Below are positions 1 through 14,589 of a DNA stretch of 64,000 bases, one piece after another. A model generated the notes under the pieces. It saw only the letters and a program-made list of their open reading frames with translations. It did not search any database and was not told the origin of the DNA. The stretch spans positions 96,038,001 through 96,102,000 of the forward strand of contig OZ024746.1 of assembly GCA_964016885.1 (NCBI GenBank), given 5' to 3'. The translations under genes and the position numbers were made by a program. Position 1 is the stretch's first letter, and each line of letters opens with the position of its first letter. The stretch comes from Eledone cirrhosa. Taxonomy: Eukaryota.

Positions 1-2539
<2,539 letters not shown>

Positions 2540-2580
2540 TGTGCAATGGCCATACTCGATAACGAGGGGGCAGCCATCAT

Positions 2581-2727
2581 ATATATATGTATGTATATAT
2601 ATATGTATGTATATATATATATGTATATATGTATGTATATATGTATGTATGTATGTATGTATATATGTATGTATGTATGTATATATGTATGTATGTATAT
2701 ATGTATGTATGTATATATGTATGTATG
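2581..2727. repeat. (TATG)n/(TA)n compound microsatellite
   Basis: Direct reading. Preceded by a ~40-nt RTE-type 3' tail (ggccatactcgataacgagggggcagccatcat). Confidence 0.95.
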
Positions 2728-3183
2728 TCGGGCAAAGGAGCTCTTAAGAGTCAATGGCCATCCAAAATCACCGGGAGAGATGACCCCTTAGCCTTTGTCA
2801 AGGCAGAATTCTAGGAGAAGGAAAACTCTGATATAACACCTGCAACCCTGATGGTATCCAATGATGTTGACTTGTTCTTCTTTTTGGTAAATATCATCTT
2901 GGTTAAGAGAGTGGGACTGGCTTTGTGCAGTGCCTTTGCTCACTATAAAAGCTTCACGGCACAGGCATTGCTTTATATCTGGAGATCTCTCTGCACTTGT
3001 CCTCACATGGTACCATGGGCCCAGCACTATGTGTCAATAATTGTCACAAGTGTAGTGTTTGTACCAGAGTTTTCAAGTCGCTGGCTGGACTAAAAAGTCA
3101 CACTCATGCAGCGCTTCGGTAGGGGTTCTCCTACATGGATATAAAGTAGTGGCCGTACTCGAAAACGAGTTGGCAGCCACCAT
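2728..3183 (+). mobile_element. Non-autonomous bipartite RTE derivative (5'UTR motif, inverted internal segment, 3' tail)
   Basis: CTAGGAGAAGGAAAACTCTGA RTE 5'UTR-like motif at ~2811. The 3' part encodes a decayed C2H2 finger and ends in a CTCG-AAAA-CGAG hairpin plus ggcagccaccat. Confidence 0.6.
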
Positions 3184-3384
3184 GTATATATGTATGTATG
3201 TATATATGTATGTATGTATATATGTATGTATGTATATATATATGTATGTATATATATATGTATGTATATATATATGTATGTATATATATATGTATGTATA
3301 TATATATGTATGTATGTATATATATATGTATGTATATATATATGTATATATATATGTATGTATATATATATGTATATATGTATG

Positions 3385-3418
<34 letters not shown>

Positions 3419-3517
3419 TGTATGTGTATGTATATATCTATATATATATATATATATATGTATGTATATATATTTATATAATTATATTTATATTATATAT
3501 ATATATATATATATATA
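3184..3517. repeat. (TATG)n/(TA)n compound microsatellite
   Basis: Direct reading. Confidence 0.95.
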
Positions 3518-3588
3518 GGTGTCACGACAAAAAGCACCCAGCACATACTGTAAATATACACATATGTGTGTGTATATATATATATATA

Positions 3589-3816
3589 TATAGTGAGCAA
3601 AGCCACTGCACAAAGCCAGTCCCACTCTCTTAACCAAGATGATATTTACCAAAAAAAAGAACAAGTCAATAATTGTCACAAGTGTAGTGTTTGTACCAGA
3701 GATTTCAAGTCACTGGTTGGACTAAAAAATCACACTCGTTCAGCGCATTGGTAGGGGTTCTCCTACATGGATATAAAGTAGTGGCCGTACTCGAAAACGA
3801 GTTGGCAGCGACTACT
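3589..3816 (+). mobile_element. RTE 3'-end fragment with C-terminal C2H2 finger
   Basis: CSVCTRDFKSLVGLKNHTRSAH. Direct repeat of 3033-3180. Confidence 0.7.
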
Positions 3817-3856
3817 ATATATATTTATATATAGATAGATAGATAGATAGATATGT

Positions 3857-4222
3857 ATAACCCTAATCCTATTTTAATTAATTAATAAAGAATTTGGAGG
3901 GATTTACTAAAATAATTAATTATTTCATTCCTAAGATAGTAACTTAAAGTAAGTTTACATACATTGTGAGGGGCCCGTGATTTATCCTGATCACCAAGAA
4001 AAAAAATATTGTCATTTTTAAACTCAGCAGCCCCAAATTACTCAAAAACAGGTCTCAATCTTAGGTCAGCAGAAAAAAAGCAAAATTTTATTGGCCAATG
4101 TTACTATTTATTTCATTACTAAGATAGTAACTTAATGAAAGGTTTAGAAGATTTTAATTTAAATTGGAAACCTTTAAAATGGATGGTTTTATTTGATAGA
4201 ACCAGAGCTGGTTTTGGCCAGG
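3857..4222 (-). mobile_element. TTAA-type MITE family 3 carrying a Chapaev3-like terminus (3970-4100)
   Basis: Reverse-complement match to 20486-20850 and, without the insert, to 43365-43601. Confidence 0.65.
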
Positions 4223-5334
4223 TGGGGAACTAAAGGGCCAGGCAATACAATAAGCAACATACCTAAGTCGGATCTATCATTGAGTCCATTTCAGCTGTGC
4301 CCACAGGATGATGATGATGGGGGATATCCAACTCCTGAACATCCAACTCCATCATGCAAGTGACTGAGCATTCCGCAGACATGTGTACCAAAGTTGAATC
4401 ACTGTTACATAATTTATGACAAGACTGGCTCCTTTGAATTACAGGTTCAGTCCATCTGATAGGCTTCCACATGGTTTCTGTCTACCCAATATCACTCAAA
4501 AAGCTTGGGTTGACCCTGAACAATGGTAAAACCCTTGCAGTGGGTTCAAATCCATTGCCTTATGATTCAAAAGCAAACAAGTTAGCCACCTAACCTTAAC
4601 TACCCATATCTACCACATTGCCAATACATGCAAAAAAAAAAAAGATTGCCTTTAGGTGCAAAATGAAAACATGAAAACAATTAAAACAAAAAAAATGGAC
4701 TAGATAAAAAATAAAAATAGAGGTTAGATTAATGTTCAGGTTAGGTAAAGGGCAAATCTAAGCTGTGTTGATGTAAAACAATATACATGTTACGTACTTT
4801 AAATTTTATATTAAAAATAGAAGGTGGGAAGACATATTTCTAAAGAAAGGTATAGGATATACTTGACTGAAAAGTCAAGATATATAACAACAGATTGCAC
4901 TGAGCTCAGCATGAATTATGCCAATATCTAAAAATAGAGTAAGGTAAATAAAGATAATGTTGTTGAAAGGTTCCTGAGACAGATAAGGCATTGATTAATA
5001 GGAAATATATAGATTCCAAAGTTTTAAGATATGTTGTACTATCTTGACAGAACATATTAGTGCACACAGTTTTCATTTCACGAGGGAAAAAATTGTTTTA
5101 ATAACTGCGATACTCTCTCTCCCTCTCTCATATATATATATATATATTTATTAAAATAACAGATTAAAGTTTAAACAAAGAATTGCTGCTTTCACCCTTA
5201 ATGGGATCTTCTGAAACTAAAAAAGTCAATCTGTGAACGCAGAAGTAAATATTTCAAAACACGTTGCAACCAGAGGAAGACAGGAAGACAATACTTATAT
5301 ATAATATTAATAATAATAACTGTGGCTATCACAT

Positions 5335-5382
<48 letters not shown>

Positions 5383-5383
<1 letters not shown>

Positions 5384-5697
5384 CATCATTGTCCTCATTT
5401 TTCCATACTAGCATAGGTTAGACGAGTTGTTCCATTGTGAGCAATGCTAGGTCAGATGACCATGCATTGCTCCTACAGAACATATTTTGGTTTTGTTTCT
5501 ACAGCTGGATGCCCTTCCTAACACCAACCACATTGTGGATTGGGTGCTTTTTGTCATGACACCTACACAAACACTTTACAGTGTGGGCTGGGAGCTTTTT
5601 GTCATGGCACCTACATGACCTCTTTACAGTGTGGGCTGGGCACTTTTTGTCATGACACCTACATGACCACTTTACAGTGTGGACTGGGTGCATTTTG
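5383..5697 (-). mobile_element. RTE/SINE 3' tail with ~4 units of a 48-bp repeat
   Basis: ctacagctggatgcccttcctaacacc motif and ccactttacagtgtgg units, as at 47075-47340. Confidence 0.8.
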
Positions 5698-5719
5698 TAT
5701 CATTATCATTTTTTTATGA

Positions 5720-6275
5720 TCATCGCACTTACATCTTCTTTTCCATGCTTGCATGGGTTGGACAAGTCCTTCTCAGCAAGGCATCTCCCCTCATGTCACG
5801 CTCTTTCGTCATCTCCTCTTCCAGTCTTAGTGATTTGAGGTCAGCTCTCACAACCTCTGCCCCAGTCTTTCTTGGTCGTCCCCTACTGCGGCTTCCTTCC
5901 ACTAGGATTTCCTGACATTTCTTCACCCATCAGTCATTGTCCAGGCACATACAATGTCGATACCAATGCAGTCTTGTCTCCAACACACCATCTCGGATTC
6001 CCCCTAAACCCAGCTTCTCCCTCAGCTCATCCAAGCTCTGCTTTTCTCTCACATTTACATTGCACATGGTTGCTTCATTTCTCTCCAGTCTACGCATGTC
6101 CTCTGCAGTCACCACCCATCATACAGCCTTCCTTTTGTATGTAGGGAGAAACTTTTTGTTGTCAACAGTGGGAATAGTTCTCTAAACTTCTTCCATCCTC
6201 TCCTCATTCTAGCTATTATACTCTCTGTCTGTGCACCCTCCTCTGCTGCTAATTAGGTCACCTGGATAGTGGAAT
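5720..6275 (-). mobile_element. Decayed RTE LINE 3' fragment
   Basis: MRRLERNEA and VEGSRSRGRPRKT motifs. Confidence 0.85.
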
Positions 6276-6638
6276 TGTACTAAGATGGCTAACGTTAGTG
6301 CTGGGTATATATTTAAATGTTTTCATTGTATTTGTAACTGTCATGATGTTAGCATGACTTTATTGACTGTATGTCTATCCTATTACTAACCACATGGTCT
6401 AGGTGCAATCTTTTTAGAGAGGTTATCTGTCAGTTCTGATGTTTCTTCTGCACTATGTCAGTTTTTATTCATAGTTACTGCTCACCTAGACAGGTTGCCC
6501 TCACTGTGACTTGTGGAATCCATGTCTTATCTGTTTAGATTTTGTTTTAGAATTACTAATTCTCTTTGATGGATTTCCTTCATTGTGGTTTGTAGAAAAC
6601 CCCACCTCCTACATAATTTCATTCAGAGTTATTACTCT

Positions 6639-6786
6639 TCTAGTCAGGTTGTCTTTATTATGACAGACGAGCCATGCTTCAAGTCACTCTAGTCAGGTTG
6701 TCTTATGACAGACGAGCCATGCTTCAAGTCACTCTAGTCAGGTTGTCTTATGACAGACGAGCCATGCTTCAAGTCACTCTAGTCAG
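6639..6786. repeat. 45-bp tandem repeat, ~3.2 copies
   Basis: Unit ctctagtcaggttgtcttatgacagacgagccatgcttcaagtca. Confidence 0.9.
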
Positions 6787-7088
6787 TGTGTATAGGAAAT
6801 CATGTAGAGGCTCCTTCACTTTCTTGTGTTTTCAAAATAGTAACAGTAATTAGAGAAATGGCTGCTGGGCATCCATGTTTTGTTAGTTGGTATAATTGGA
6901 ATGAATTTAGCTGGTTATACTTGTTTTTGATATCACTAATTATCACCATTTAGCTTGGAAAATGTGAAATCTGGCGAAAACAGAACAGCCAGCCAATGTG
7001 TCTCTGTAGCCTTAGGCTCTTATGAAGTAGATAAGAGAGAGAAAGCTAGGGAAAGAGAGAGGAAGGGGGGTAGTAAGAGAAGTCTAGT

Positions 7089-7342
7089 TTAACTTTTAAC
7101 ATCCTATACCACAAAACCACATTAACAAGACATTCTTGAAAAGTACAAAGTCTTTAGTTTAATACAAATTTTTATAATGTCCTGTCCACTTGTAAAGATA
7201 CTGTAATCATTTGAATTAACAAACTTGCTTTTAGATATTTTCTGCTAAACCATTACAGAGATAATACAGAACATTTTCACATTTGAATTCACAAAATCTG
7301 TTTTTAGATATTTTCTAAGTTGTTACAACATATTAAGGTTTA
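7089..7342 (+). mobile_element. TTAA-type MITE family 2
   Basis: Ends resemble ttaactcttaacatcctgta/tacaggatgttaagagttaa. Related copies at 19621-19829, 27044-27343, 29121-29280, 35258-35797 and 55411-55900. Confidence 0.7.
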
Positions 7343-7674
7343 AGTAGGAAAATATATAATTATAATTTATATTTATATATTTAATATCCGCTTTCCATGT
7401 GAGCAAGGAAGGAGCCTCTACATGATTGGTCACATGGAAAGCGGATGTTAAAATGACAATGCTGCATAATGACAATGATGATAATGATAATCAACACCTG
7501 CTTTTCATACCCACACTATATGCAAATGAGCATCTCCAGTAGATGTTTCATTCACAAAATCCATATATAAGTGACAGCCATTTTACCTCAGTATAAATTA
7601 AGTAAACATCACTAAAGATTTTTTTAAATCCTGAAACATCCATAGTGAGACTTTTGTATGTTTATATGTGGATT

Positions 7675-7880
7675 GACAGTATCGGTAGAGGGTCAGACGC
7701 CATGCTTTGTAGCATAGAGTTACGGCCCTTTATAATCTGAGTTCAAATCCCGCCGAAGTTAACTTTGCCTTTCATCCTTATGGGGTCAATAAAATAAAGT
7801 ACCAGTAATGCACTGGGGTCGATTTAATCGACTTTCCCCTCCCCCAAAATTGCCTTGTGCCTATACATGAAACCATTATA
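7675..7880 (+). mobile_element. tRNA-derived SINE family A (MetaSINE-like central domain)
   Basis: B box GAGTTCAAATCC followed by ctttgcctttcatcctt..ggggtcaataaaataaagtaccag. More than 10 copies in the window. Confidence 0.8.
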
Positions 7881-7914
7881 TATAAACGTATTGTAAAGGC
7901 TTTTATATCCATGC

Positions 7915-8182
7915 GCTACAAGCCAGCGTGTTGAGCTGGTGCTCATCCCGGTTTCATGGCATGAAGCGACTGAGAGTACAATACTCCCCTTGGACAGGAT
8001 GCCAGTCCATCACAGGGTTAAACACCCAGCCATTGCTGGTACTCTTTTCAGCTGACTATACTGGAGCAATGTGAAATGAAGTGCTTTGCTCAAGAACACA
8101 ACATGCAACCTAGCCCAGGAATTGAACCCATGACATTACGATTGTAAACCCAACACCTTTACCACTAGGCCACGTGCCTTCA
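7915..8182 (-). mobile_element. tRNA-CORE SINE family B, variant with V-domain-like body
   Basis: A/B boxes, CORE-like gttcttgagcaaagcactt, and ccctgtgatggactggcatcctgtcc. Sister copy at 38318-38590 (+). Confidence 0.7.
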
Positions 8183-8640
8183 CATACACATCTATAATTA
8201 TATAACTATGTCTGTCACTCACAATTGAAGATAATTTGGTAACTTGTACCATGGTTTCGCTAATGAGTTTTAGGTGTTAATGTAATTACGAGATATATAG
8301 ACACCCTCTTAACTCTCCCATTCTTGACCCAGCAGAATGTTCAGGATGTGACAGTTAGAAGGATTAAGAGCTGCATCAGCAATAGGCTGCCTCTTACTTT
8401 GACATCAATAGAATAAACTTAGGAAAAAACATGCCATAAAAAAGTTACAGTATTGATTTCACTGTCAAGATCAGTAGTATGGAGTTCAAGAATTGTGAAG
8501 CCAGCAAACATCTGCTATCATGCAGGGGTTGGCTCACCCTTGATATCTTGTTTTAACAGTAGTGATCACTTGATAAAATCTTTCACCAAACTTATCACTG
8601 ATTTTGCCCCAGTCCAAAAGAAAGAAATCTAAGAAGTTTG

Positions 8641-8860
8641 TTAACCCTTTACCATTTACATTACTCTATATATACTATTGTATTTTTGTGGTAAAGGCTT
8701 ATCTTATAATATCTCACATAATATCGAATCTACAAGATTTTGATGCTATTTATTTTGAGAACAATACTTTAACATCAGTATGAGCAGCCAGTTACGACCA
8801 GTTTGAACAGAAAGAGGTGAGAGAATTCTGGCCAGATACAGCTGATTTAAAAAGGATTAA
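8641..8860 (+). mobile_element. TTAA-type (piggyBac-like) MITE family 1
   Basis: TTAACCCTTT...TTAA ends, ~220 bp. Confidence 0.85.
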
Positions 8861-9524
8861 AAAGTGAGTCTTCAAGGACATTTTATCACCCTGGGCATCA
8901 AAAGAATCCAGGTCAGCTATGATTGCCTTGTAATTTGGGCTTCAGTTCTTTCCTAAAAAGTTTTCAACTGTCTTTAACACAGCATCATAAACTCGTCAAT
9001 CAAAATCATTCAATGAATCTCTGTATATCTGATTCTTCATAAATTTGTGAGTGCCTGGTCCAAAGAACACGCCTTCTTTAATCTTTGCTTCACTTGATCG
9101 AGGAAAGATATCTTTCAGCAACTGGATTGGTTGCCCCTCAGGGTCCAGTGACTTCACAAAATGTTTGAAGATTCCAAATTTAATATGTATTGGTGGTAAC
9201 GCAATTACCTCAGGTGAAATTAGTTGTATGTATTGAACATTTTTATTCCCTGGTTTCCATTCATGACATGCTGAGCAATCCTGCCGACTGCTCATTTCAA
9301 GTCCACCTGTCCCATAGGCACAAGAAACAGCAAAGTTCCATGTAGCCCTTTTGCTTTCCAATTAAAAAAACTTATAATCTTTTAGTCACCTCTAGCTTTC
9401 CATTAAAATCATCATACCTCATCAAGGAATGTAACCTTTATAGTGTCATATGACTCTTTTGCCTTCCTTGAATGACTCACTGGAATCCCTGGGTACTCAT
9501 TTCCAACATGCAAAAGGACTACCT

Positions 9525-9739
9525 TTAACCCTTTAGCATCTGCATTACTCTATATTTACTACTATATTTTCACGTTAAAGGCTTTATCTCACATAATATC
9601 AAATCTATGAGATTTTAATATTATTTATTTTAAGAATAATACCTTAGCATCAGTATGAGAGCCAGTTACAGCCGGTTTGAACAGAAAAAGGTGAGAGAAT
9701 TCAGGCCGGATATGGCCAGTTTAAATGCTAAAGGGTTAA
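9525..9739 (+). mobile_element. TTAA-type MITE family 1
   Basis: TIR ttaaccctttagcat/atgctaaagggttaa. Removing it with one TTAA restores SSLKVVLLH of the transposase. Confidence 0.9.
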
Positions 9740-10604
9740 GCTGGAAACACTACCATCAAGGAATAACCATCAATCTGTCTTAACATTAGAGGAAATTCCC
9801 AGTGCTATCATCAAACCAATAATGTTGCAATAAACCAAACCCAGTTCATCATATGTCTGTATGCTGTTGTTTTGGTTCCTTGGGCTAAAGCACTAAATTC
9901 TCAGCATTTTTCCAAGCAGATATGCATCATTCTTAGAAAGTCCCAACTTTCGAACAAAATGATCCAGTTGTTCATGACTTGTTTTAGGGCATGAATGAGG
10001 AATTTCAAAATCTTTGTCATCCATTTGGTCTTCACATCCAGTTTTGTTATCAGAATCATCATCTGACTGACTCAATTGTTGTTTGCTTGGCACAGGAGGA
10101 ATTTCGTCATCATATGACTATGGTCTTATGATAGATGCCAAACTAGGATACTTGATATACTTAGCAGTTTTCATATTGTCATGCAAAAGTAGCATTCACT
10201 AGAATGGTTGCTTTGTTCTTGCCATGCCATTGGAGTGGCAAATGGCATTTGCTTCAGCTTGCCACAGGACCACAAAGAGAGCTGATCACTGCAACCTTTG
10301 CATACAATATAGTCTCCAAGTTATATTTTGAAGTATCCTTGTATCTTGTTTCTATTTTGCTATGATGTTTCTCCTACAGTCTTTGAATGCATATTCCCCA
10401 CAGATATAGCAAAAGTGATCTGGATCATTGTGACATACATGTCTTGAAGGGAAGGAATAAAAATACAACATTCCACAGTGACAGGGCTGTTACCAATTTG
10501 ATACAAGTCTCAATATCATCCAAAACATGCATTTAAATCAAAGTGTTCTAAAAATAGACATGATCTAATGTATTCAATCTACATTTTCATTGCAGACATT
10601 TTCA

Positions 10605-10845
10605 TTGTACATCCACCGAAGCATGGCTGCTTAATTTCTTTCCAGCCTACGCATGTCCTCTGCAGACACTACCCATGTTTCACTACTATGTAGCATCACA
10701 CCTCTCGCACAGGAATCATACAGTTGTCCTTTTGTACGTAGGGAGAGACCTTTTGTTGTCAACAGTGGGAGTAGCTCTTTAAACTTCTTCCATCTTATCT
10801 CTATTCTAGCTATTATGCTCTCTGAACACCCTCCTCCACTGCTAA
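10605..10845 (-). mobile_element. RTE LINE fragment
   Basis: SSGGGCSES..WKKFKELLPLL..SETW..RRLERN. Confidence 0.85.
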
Positions 10846-11294
10846 TATATATATAACAGGCTTCATTACAGTTTCCATCTAACAAATTACACTCACAAAA
10901 TATTGTTCAACCTGAGACTAGGATAGAATACACTTGCTGAAGGTGTAATCTGGGAGTTGAACCCAGAACCTTATGGTTGTAATATAAACTTCCTAACTAC
11001 ACTGTTATGCCTTAAAAAAAGACTACTCTTATCCGTCTTAAAATATTCTAATCAAAATTAATTGTAGAGAATTTGCAAATCAGAAGACTAGAAACTGTTG
11101 CTCCTTTCTATTCTTATCTAATAAATGTAAGAAATTTAAAAAATTGGTGAATCAAGAGATTATTTGAAATGCATGAATAAGAAGATAATTAAATTTTTCC
11201 AGGAATCTATTCTTTTTATAATTATATAATATACCAAACAGTAAAACTTGTATAAAAATAGATTTAGTTCAGCTATTTTAGTTTTATGTTTTAA

Positions 11295-11660
11295 GCAGAG
11301 AAGGCTGGAAAGAACGGAAATTAGAATAATTCGGTGAATAGGTGGAGTATTGCTCAGAGAGAAGAAGATAAACAATGATTTGCAGATGATGATGGGGGTA
11401 GAGTTGGTGATGAATGTTGTGAAGAGAAATGGAACAAGATGGTTGAGTGATGTATTGAGGAAGGATGAATGTGACTGGGTGAGAGGAAAGATGGAAATGA
11501 ATATGGTTGGAAGTAGAGGAAGGGGAAGACCAAAAAACAACATGGCTTAAGATAATGGAGGAGGTAATGAAAGCTGGCGAGATGTAGAGGTTAGGGCAAA
11601 ATGAAAATGTTTTTTTATGGGATCTGCACAGCTAACCACTGCTTTAGGAAATGGCTTTAA
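11295..11660 (+). mobile_element. Old RTE LINE 3' fragment (different subfamily)
   Basis: LERTEIR..RW..VLRK..GSRGRGRPK. Confidence 0.7.
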
Positions 11661-12025
11661 AACCACCTGTTGTTGTTTAGTTTTAAGTTTGTAAGAGATG
11701 CACTTAGCAATTGAAAGATCACAATTTAGCCCTTTCTCTGCACTACACTTTTTCTGATAACCTTATATATTTTGTTATATTTAGGGAGGGTTATGCTGTC
11801 TTAATATTGCCAAAAGTAGTAAAACACACTCACTGTCTGGTTTGTTTTTTTGCTTCAATTTCAGTATATTTTTATATTTTTATAAATAATTTAGCTGGTA
11901 ATCAATCTTTATCATTTATTGACCATCAATAAAAAATATAAACATAAATATAATTTCTCAAAGTTCTTTTGACACACATTTCTGTGACATCTTCAGTGAT
12001 TATTGCTGTTTCCTCCCATTGTGTT

Positions 12026-12070
<45 letters not shown>

Positions 12071-12654
12071 CTATATATCCTCCATCTCAATTCTACTTTT
12101 GAAAAGCATAAGAACTGTGAAACCAGTAAAGGAAACAAATATTCTTAAAAAGACTCCAGTTGCATTTTTGATTTCTTTCCCTTATATATACACAAACGCA
12201 TATATATTTACAGTTTTTTAAATTTTATAGTGATGAGCCTTTCCTTGAGATTGTAAAAAAAAAAAATGTATTGATAATCATTCAGCTGTGGAAGTTTGAT
12301 AATATATACACTACAGTAATCGTATAATACACTATATACCTCAGAGGACATTTGTAATTTTGGGGTTAATTTCCATCATTATCATCAACCTAATTTTTAC
12401 TTCCACTTACCCTTGCTGGCATGGGTTGGATGGGACTTTTGAGGCAAGATGTCCTTCCTAACACTAAACCTTTTTAGTCACTTCTTACAACATGTGGGGA
12501 TATGGTGTACCTATTCTAAACACATGGCAATATTAAAATAAAGTACCAGTAATACACTGGGATAATTGCTGGCCTTGTGCCAAAAGTAGAAACAAATATT
12601 AAGAATAAAACACTTTTAGTTTTATTTTGTAATGGGTATAGGATATATTTAGCT

Positions 12655-12890
12655 TCTTCTTTATCTTCTTCGCCCACTTATTCCTGAGAGCGTCATGGGG
12701 GAGAGTCCTCAAACACTTCTTCTAGCTGGTCCTGTCAAAAGCAACCATCTCCAACTGATGCAGCTGGATCCTCAAGTGAGTCCAGCCAAGCTCATGGATG
12801 TTATCCAACCTTCTTGCTCGGAGTTTACCCCTGGGTCTCCTGTCGGTTGGTTTTGCCCATAAAATCTGTCTAGCGATTCTTTCCTGAGAG
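12655..12890 (-). mobile_element. RTE LINE 3' fragment (second family)
   Basis: SQERIARQIL.AKPT.RRPRG. Related copies at 19835-20095 (+) and 60490-60830 (-). Confidence 0.8.
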
Positions 12891-13359
12891 GGATATATAT
12901 TTATGCTTATTTGACATCGGTGAAAGCTGAAGGGATAAGTTGACCCTGGGAAATTTTTAGATCCCACACTATGAAGAAGGACTTAAATAATCTGCCCTCT
13001 CTCTACTTTTTACACATCATTGTTTTATATATATTAAAATTGTAATTTCTTAGTCTGAGTGAGTTGAAATGGAGTTATATAAAATGTACTTGGAAGTTTT
13101 TGTAAAGTTGTTGGTATTAAACCAGTAACAACATAGAAGAAGTAGGACTATGCAGTCACATCAAAGACCTGGTAACCTTCTTACTACTGGTATCATAATA
13201 AACTGCACATAGTGCACTCCGTACAGCGGTTGGTGTTAGCAAAGTAATCCAACCATAAAAATCATACCAGAAATAGGTTAGAGAAGAATCCTCAGTCATG
13301 CCAAGGACATGACAACATTCTTATGCCACGATAAAATGAACCCAGTACACCCTCTAAAG

Positions 13360-13668
13360 CAATGGTCTCCAACCTTTTTTATACCACAGACTGGCTTCAT
13401 GTTGGACAATCTTTACGCAGACTGGTAGTTGCACATATGTGTTATTTAAGTGCACATATGTGTTATTTCGATAAAGAGAGCAATAATAAAAAGAGCAATT
13501 TATTAAAGTAGATGAATATTAAATATTCAAACAAATCTTTTAAATTAAAGTCCAATATTCAATTTATCTATTATATAATTTTAAACAAGTTAATTATTTC
13601 TTTGTGGCCTGGTAGCAAATGATACATAGACTGGTACTGGTCCACAGCCAGGTTGTTGGGGACCTCTG
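13360..13668. mobile_element. hAT-like MITE
   Basis: TIRs caatggtctccaac/gttggggacctctg. Imperfect 8-bp TSD ctctaaag/ttgtaaag. Confidence 0.75.
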
Positions 13669-14139
13669 TTGTAAAGGGCATCCAACTATAGAAACCATTT
13701 CCAAACTAGATCTTATATAAAAATTAACTACTCAACCCATCTACAAGAACAGTAGCTCTGATTAAGTTCTGACTTGGTATGTAACAACCCATTCAATCTA
13801 TACCAGCTTGGAAAACCACGTAAAATGGTGATGATGAATGTTTTAAAAAATGCCAAATATGTCCAACTTAAAATGTAACAAAAAAAAAAATCACACCACT
13901 AACATAGATATTCATATGTATTCATATCAACGTAGGTCTACACCCTTACTTATCCTTACTCATAGTTAAAATATAAAGATGTAGGCGTGCATTAATACAC
14001 ACATGTAAGTATAATCTACAATTATCATAGAAATATTGAAAACCACCATTTTAACACCCATTTAATAATAGTGTTATGAGTTGCAAGTGACTCCACCAGT
14101 ATAGGATATTGTCAAAAAACCACGCTACCACATTACTAT

Positions 14140-14516
14140 TAGACCTTTAGCATTTACATTACTCTATATATACTACTGTATTTTCATGGTAAAGGCCTCA
14201 CATAATATCGAATCTATGAGATTTTGATATTATTTATTTTGAGAAGCTTGGCAGTATCGGTAGAGTGTCATAGTCATGTCCCTTTACGTTCTGAGTTCAA
14301 ATCTGCTGAGGTTAACTTTGCCTTACGGGGTGGCTAAAATAAAGTACCAGTAATACACTGGGGTAATTGTTGACCATGTGCCAAAAGTAGAAACATTTAT
14401 TTATTTTGAGAATAATACCTTAACATAAGTATGAGTGGCCAGTTACAGCTGGTTTGAACAGAAAGAGGTGAGAGAATTTTGACCGGCCACAGCTGGTTTA
14501 AATACTTAAGGGTTAA
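14140..14516 (+). mobile_element. MITE family 1 with a SINE-A insertion (14246-14394)
   Basis: MITE halves flank the SINE, with tatttattttgagaa duplicated. Confidence 0.85.
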
Positions 14517-14589
14517 GGCCAACTAGGCCCACATTGGATGTAGAGGTGCATGACAACCATAAAAGATCAGTTTTCTCCAAATTTGTAGA

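Larger units (their letters stand above)
8480..10445 (-). pseudogene. Decayed Chapaev3-like (CMC superfamily) DNA transposase
   Basis: Ordered minus-strand motifs CHNDPDHFCYICGE, MPFATPMAWQEQSNHSSECYFC, LDHFVRKLGLSK, SSLKVVLLHVGN, LPPIHIKFGIFKHFVKSL, AKIKEGVFFGP, GERFYQ..RYQG..IADVCW. Contains stops, frameshifts and two MITE insertions. Confidence 0.8.
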
